From NCBI RefSeq assembly GCF_016127575.1, contig NZ_CP066019.1:1470001-1502000 (forward strand): DNA of 32,000 nucleotides, read 5' to 3'. The translations under genes were made by a program, and so were the position numbers. This DNA is from Cupriavidus necator. Lineage in GTDB: Bacteria > Pseudomonadota > Gammaproteobacteria > Burkholderiales > Burkholderiaceae. The first letter of the stretch is position 1. The number at the start of each line of letters is the position of its first letter. Positions 29,063 to 32,000 of this stretch are shown here, one piece after another. The notes beneath the pieces are model-generated. The model was given only the letters and a program-made list of their open reading frames with translations, made no database searches and was not told the DNA's origin.

Positions 29063-29542
29063 TCACTCCAGGTTGGCCTTGTCGAGCCCGAACGCCTTGT
29101 CCGACGAACCAGGCACCATGCGGAACGCCACGTTCAGGCGATTCCAGGTATTGATCGCCCCCACCAGGAAGGTGAGGTCCGACAGTTCCTTCTCGCTGTA
29201 CTGGGTGCGCACGCCCTCATAGATATCGTCGGGCACGCCGTCGGCGGGAAGCCTCGTCAGCACCTCGGTCCAGGCCAGCGCGGCGCGTTCGCGCGGCGAG
29301 AACAGCGTCGACTCGCGCCAGATCGCCACATGATGCAGGCGCAATTCGCGCTCGCCGTGGATCTTCGCCATCTTGATATGCATGTCGACGCAGAACGCGC
29401 AGCCATTGAGCTGCGACGCGCGAATCTCGACGAGCTCGCGAATGGGCACTTCAATCGTGGTCTTCTGGAACAGCGCGCCGAACTCCATGAGCTTCTTGGA
29501 CAGTTCCGGGGATTGCTGGAAGTAATTCGTACGTTGGGTCAT
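29063..29542 (-). CDS. Carboxymuconolactone decarboxylase / AhpD-like family protein
   Basis: 159 aa from MTQRTNYFQ (ATG 29540-29542, AGGAG 6 nt upstream). CxxC core LNGCAFCVDMH. The track start at 29644 is rejected. Confidence 0.8.
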   Translation of the reverse strand: MTQRTNYFQQSPELSKKLMEFGALFQKTTIEVPIRELVEIRASQLNGCAFCVDMHIKMAKIHGERELRLHHVAIWRESTLFSPRERAALAWTEVLTRLPADGVPDDIYEGVRTQYSEKELSDLTFLVGAINTWNRLNVAFRMVPGSSDKAFGLDKANLE

Positions 29543-29616
29543 GTTTGCTCCTGGTGATCTGCTCAATGTGATACTGACGAACGCGGTGCTGCTTGCGTGG
29601 GCATGCGCCCTGCGGC

Positions 29617-30369
29617 CTATCGTTGCTGCGATTGACGCAGCCATTCCTCTAAGCCGATGCGCCCGAGGCGCGCCTCGCCCAACGGCACGAGCGAATGTTC
29701 CTCGACCCGGCCGCCGAAGTAGCGGGCCTCGGGGTCGCGCACGACTTCACGCGGGTCGCCAACCGCCTTGAGATAGCGGGCGACGATCTCGTTGAACGGG
29801 GCTCGTTCCGGGCCGGCGATCTCGACGATGCCGTTTCGCGGTGGCGCGAGCGCCACATCGGCAACGATTGCGGCAACGTCGTCCGCCGCAATCGGCTGGA
29901 ACAGCCCAGGCGATAGGCTGACGATATTTCCTTGCGCACTGGAATCGGCGATGCCGCCGATGAATTCCATGAACTGGGTCGAGCGGATGATGGTGTAGGG
30001 GATGCTGGAGGCCTCTATCAGTTTTTCTTGCGCGACCTTGGCACGGAAATAGCCGTTCTCGGGCGTCCGGTCGGTGCCGACGATGGACAGCGCGACATGG
30101 TGCTGAACGCCCGCCTTGGTCTCCGCCGCATGAAGGTTGCGGCCGGAGGTCTCGAAGAACTCCAGCACCGCCTTGTCTTCAAACGACGGGGAATTGGCAA
30201 GGTCGATCACCACCTGAGTGCCGGCGAGGGCCTCCTGGAGCCCCTCGCCAGTGATGCTGTTGACACCGCTCCTGGGCGAGGCGGCCACGACCTCGTGGCC
30301 GCCCTGGCGCAAAATGGCGACGGTCTTCGAGCCGATCAGGCCGGTCCCGCCAATGACGACAATCTTCAT
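29617..30369 (-). CDS. NmrA-like / atypical SDR NAD(P)H-binding oxidoreductase
   Basis: 250 aa. Rossmann motif MKIVVIGGTGLIGSK. GGAGAA RBS upstream. Confidence 0.8.
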   Translation of the reverse strand: MKIVVIGGTGLIGSKTVAILRQGGHEVVAASPRSGVNSITGEGLQEALAGTQVVIDLANSPSFEDKAVLEFFETSGRNLHAAETKAGVQHHVALSIVGTDRTPENGYFRAKVAQEKLIEASSIPYTIIRSTQFMEFIGGIADSSAQGNIVSLSPGLFQPIAADDVAAIVADVALAPPRNGIVEIAGPERAPFNEIVARYLKAVGDPREVVRDPEARYFGGRVEEHSLVPLGEARLGRIGLEEWLRQSQQR

Positions 30370-30511
30370 GATGCTTCTCCGTGCTGAGGAAGGTGGAACG
30401 ATTCCATGTTAGGGAACGCGGCATCCCCGCGCCAGCTCGACTCGGAGCGCCGGCTCGTGGAATAGTCACGGCGCGGGCTGCAATCGAGCAGCAGCAGCAG
30501 GTTGAGGAGCT

Positions 30512-30949
30512 TCATTGCAGCTCCATGCAGAAGTGGAGGCCCTTGGCGAGCAGGCCGGAACGGAAATAGAAGCGCTGGGCCAGCGCTTTCGCGAGTGCGG
30601 TATCCAGGACAAGTCGCTGGCAGCCTTCTGTGCGTCCAAGCTCGCAAAGCGCTTGCAGCAGACGCTCGCCGTGACCCCGCCCCCGGCCTTCGGCATCGGT
30701 GATCAGGTCGTCGACGTACAGAAAGCGCCCGTGGATGAGGTTGTCAAGACGCCGATATCCGGCCAGCGCAACAGCTTTGCCATCGTCCCAGAGCGCGAGC
30801 AGCCGGTACCCTTGTCCGCGTTGCAGCATGACGGCGTCGAGGAAGTCTTCCGGCATTTGCAGCCTGGGGCGCAGTTGCCGCATGACAGGGAAGCAGGCAC
30901 GGATCTCGGCCTCCGTTTCCGCATGTCTGAGCGTCAGGTTCTTGGTCAT
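30512..30949 (-). CDS. GNAT-family N-acetyltransferase
   Basis: 145 aa from MTKNLTLRH (ATG 30947-30949). The track start at 30982 reads ATT. Acetyl-CoA motif A-like region: DLITDAEGRGRGHGERLLQALCE. Confidence 0.75.
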   Translation of the reverse strand: MTKNLTLRHAETEAEIRACFPVMRQLRPRLQMPEDFLDAVMLQRGQGYRLLALWDDGKAVALAGYRRLDNLIHGRFLYVDDLITDAEGRGRGHGERLLQALCELGRTEGCQRLVLDTALAKALAQRFYFRSGLLAKGLHFCMELQ

Positions 30950-31058
30950 GGTGCCGATGCGTGCTGGTTGTGCAGGCTTCAATGTAGTTGAGCGATGACA
31001 CAGTCAACAGGCACATGTTTATCGTTTTCAACTAGGCCATCGACAAGGACGGTATGAC

Positions 31059-31289
31059 CTAAGAGTGGTTTGTCATGCGATCGACCAGGCGGCGAATGAA
31101 GGGCGTGGCCGACACGACGACCGGCAGCATGGTCAGCCAGGAGACGCTCCAGGACCTTAGCCAGTGCTGAAAGAACCGGCCCTCTTCTGCAAATGGAAGG
31201 CTTGCGATGGCAGCAGCGATGGAGCAGGTCAAGCCGGCCTGGATAACACCATAGGCGAAATAGCTGTAGCGCGAAGGAATCTTGGGCAT
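31059..31289 (-). CDS. DUF2798-like small membrane protein
   Basis: 76 aa from MPKIPSRYSYFAYGVIQAGL... with two hydrophobic helices and a WLRSWSVSWLTMLPVVV segment typical of DUF2798, as I recall it. GAGG lies 8 nt upstream of ATG 31287-31289. Confidence 0.55.
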   Translation of the reverse strand: MPKIPSRYSYFAYGVIQAGLTCSIAAAIASLPFAEEGRFFQHWLRSWSVSWLTMLPVVVSATPFIRRLVDRMTNHS

Positions 31290-31380
31290 GTGAGTCGCCT
31301 CTATGCATTCTTTGAACCAGACATTGATGCACCCTGCCATTGCCGCGCCAGGGGCTGTCGCCCCTGGCGCAAGAAGGGCG

Positions 31381-32000
31381 CTACGCGGCTGCTTCAACCT
31401 TTACTGCCAACCGCTGCACGGTTTCGTTGGTATCCCACAGCGCGTTTGCGATGAAGCGGAAGTTGACCAGTGCCGCGTGATATCCGTCCCCTTCAGGTAG
31501 CTTCGGCCCTGCTACGGCGTCGCGCACGACAGCAACTTCGAAACCTTGCTCCAGCAGATCCCGCAGATGAGATTCGACGCACAGATTGGCGGCCATGCCC
31601 GCAAGGATCACCTGGTCGACGCGCTGCTTGCGCAATTGAAGGACAAGGTCGTTGGCCTGCGGGCCGTACAGCTTGTGCGTGGAGCAGATGATGGTCTTGC
31701 CATCCTCGATATACGGCTTGAGCTCCGGCACGAAGTCCGCGCCCGAGTCACGGAATCCGTCCAGGTTCAGCGCGCCCGGACGGTCGAACATGCCGATGGC
31801 ATGCTGGAACATTTCGGCGGGGCCCTGCACTTTCCATGTGTGATCATGGGGAAAGTAATAGTGGGGAGAGATGGCGACCGTGATGCCCGCCTGTTTTGCT
31901 GCCTCGAACAGACGGACCAGGTTGGCCACGAGGTTCTGCTCCGTCACGCTTTCTCCCACCACGCCCCAGCTGCGGCCTTCGGGGCTCATGAAGTCGATCT
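31381..32000 (-). CDS. Isochorismatase-family cysteine hydrolase (5' end outside the window)
   Basis: Contains VILAGMAANLCVESHLRDL (catalytic Cys region). The frame stays open upstream of the internal Met at 31989 (..IDF-MSPEG) up to the window edge, so the gene is truncated here. Confidence 0.75.
   Translation of the reverse strand, partial: IDFMSPEGRSWGVVGESVTEQNLVANLVRLFEAAKQAGITVAISPHYYFPHDHTWKVQGPAEMFQHAIGMFDRPGALNLDGFRDSGADFVPELKPYIEDGKTIICSTHKLYGPQANDLVLQLRKQRVDQVILAGMAANLCVESHLRDLLEQGFEVAVVRDAVAGPKLPEGDGYHAALVNFRFIANALWDTNETVQRLAVKVEAAA

Noticed and set aside
30488-30499. (GCA)4 trinucleotide run between the GNAT and NmrA-like genes
   Set aside because: Only four units in an intergenic spacer. 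This is too short to call a microsatellite or a phase-variation tract.
30512-31289. GNAT plus upstream small gene as a GNAT-toxin/antitoxin pair
   Set aside because: The upstream small protein is a two-helix membrane protein (DUF2798-like), not an RHH/HTH antitoxin. The genes are 109 nt apart, and the GNAT has no features pointing to tRNA-acetylating toxins.
19481-32000. Accessory region as a mobile genetic element, or as containing CRISPR, tRNA or defence genes
   Set aside because: No integrase, transposase, relaxase, phage gene, tRNA, terminal inverted repeats or spaced direct-repeat array is visible on either strand. Only the compositional shift and a decayed pump gene point to past horizontal acquisition.

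Overview
High-GC betaproteobacterial window of Cupriavidus necator / Ralstonia eutropha type. Coordinates 3.2-19.5 kb hold a complete chromosomal-type Calvin-Benson-Bassham (cbb) CO2-fixation regulon. cbbR is on the plus strand, diverging from the minus-strand operon cbbL-S-X-Y-E-F-P-T-Z-G-K-A-B. The back-to-back control region and a stem-loop after cbbS are visible. Downstream of cbbB (0.06-3.1 kb) lie a ClpG/ClpK-like Hsp100 ATPase with an N-terminal Cys-rich extension and a 65-aa orphan ORF. At about 19.5 kb base composition drops visibly, after a 440-bp structured non-coding stretch. An accessory region follows. It contains a minus-strand operon (PDC/IPDC-family ThDP decarboxylase, long AMP-forming acyl-CoA synthetase, MsrQ-like haem-b membrane protein), a divergent Crp/Fnr regulator and a convergent organic-anion MFS transporter. 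Further on are an eroded EmrB-type efflux pseudogene, a bacterial bestrophin-family channel gene, and a small redox/detox-looking operon (NmrA-like reductase, AhpD/CMD-like protein, secreted cupin). The window ends with a GNAT, a DUF2798-like membrane protein and a truncated isochorismatase-family gene. I saw no rRNA, tRNA, CRISPR array, transposase or integrase. The ORF track uses non-ATG starts (TTG and ATT confirmed by reading), so several of its N-termini are over-extended. Many long antisense ORFs are high-GC artefacts. Family assignments are by-eye motif recognition and memory, not database searches.
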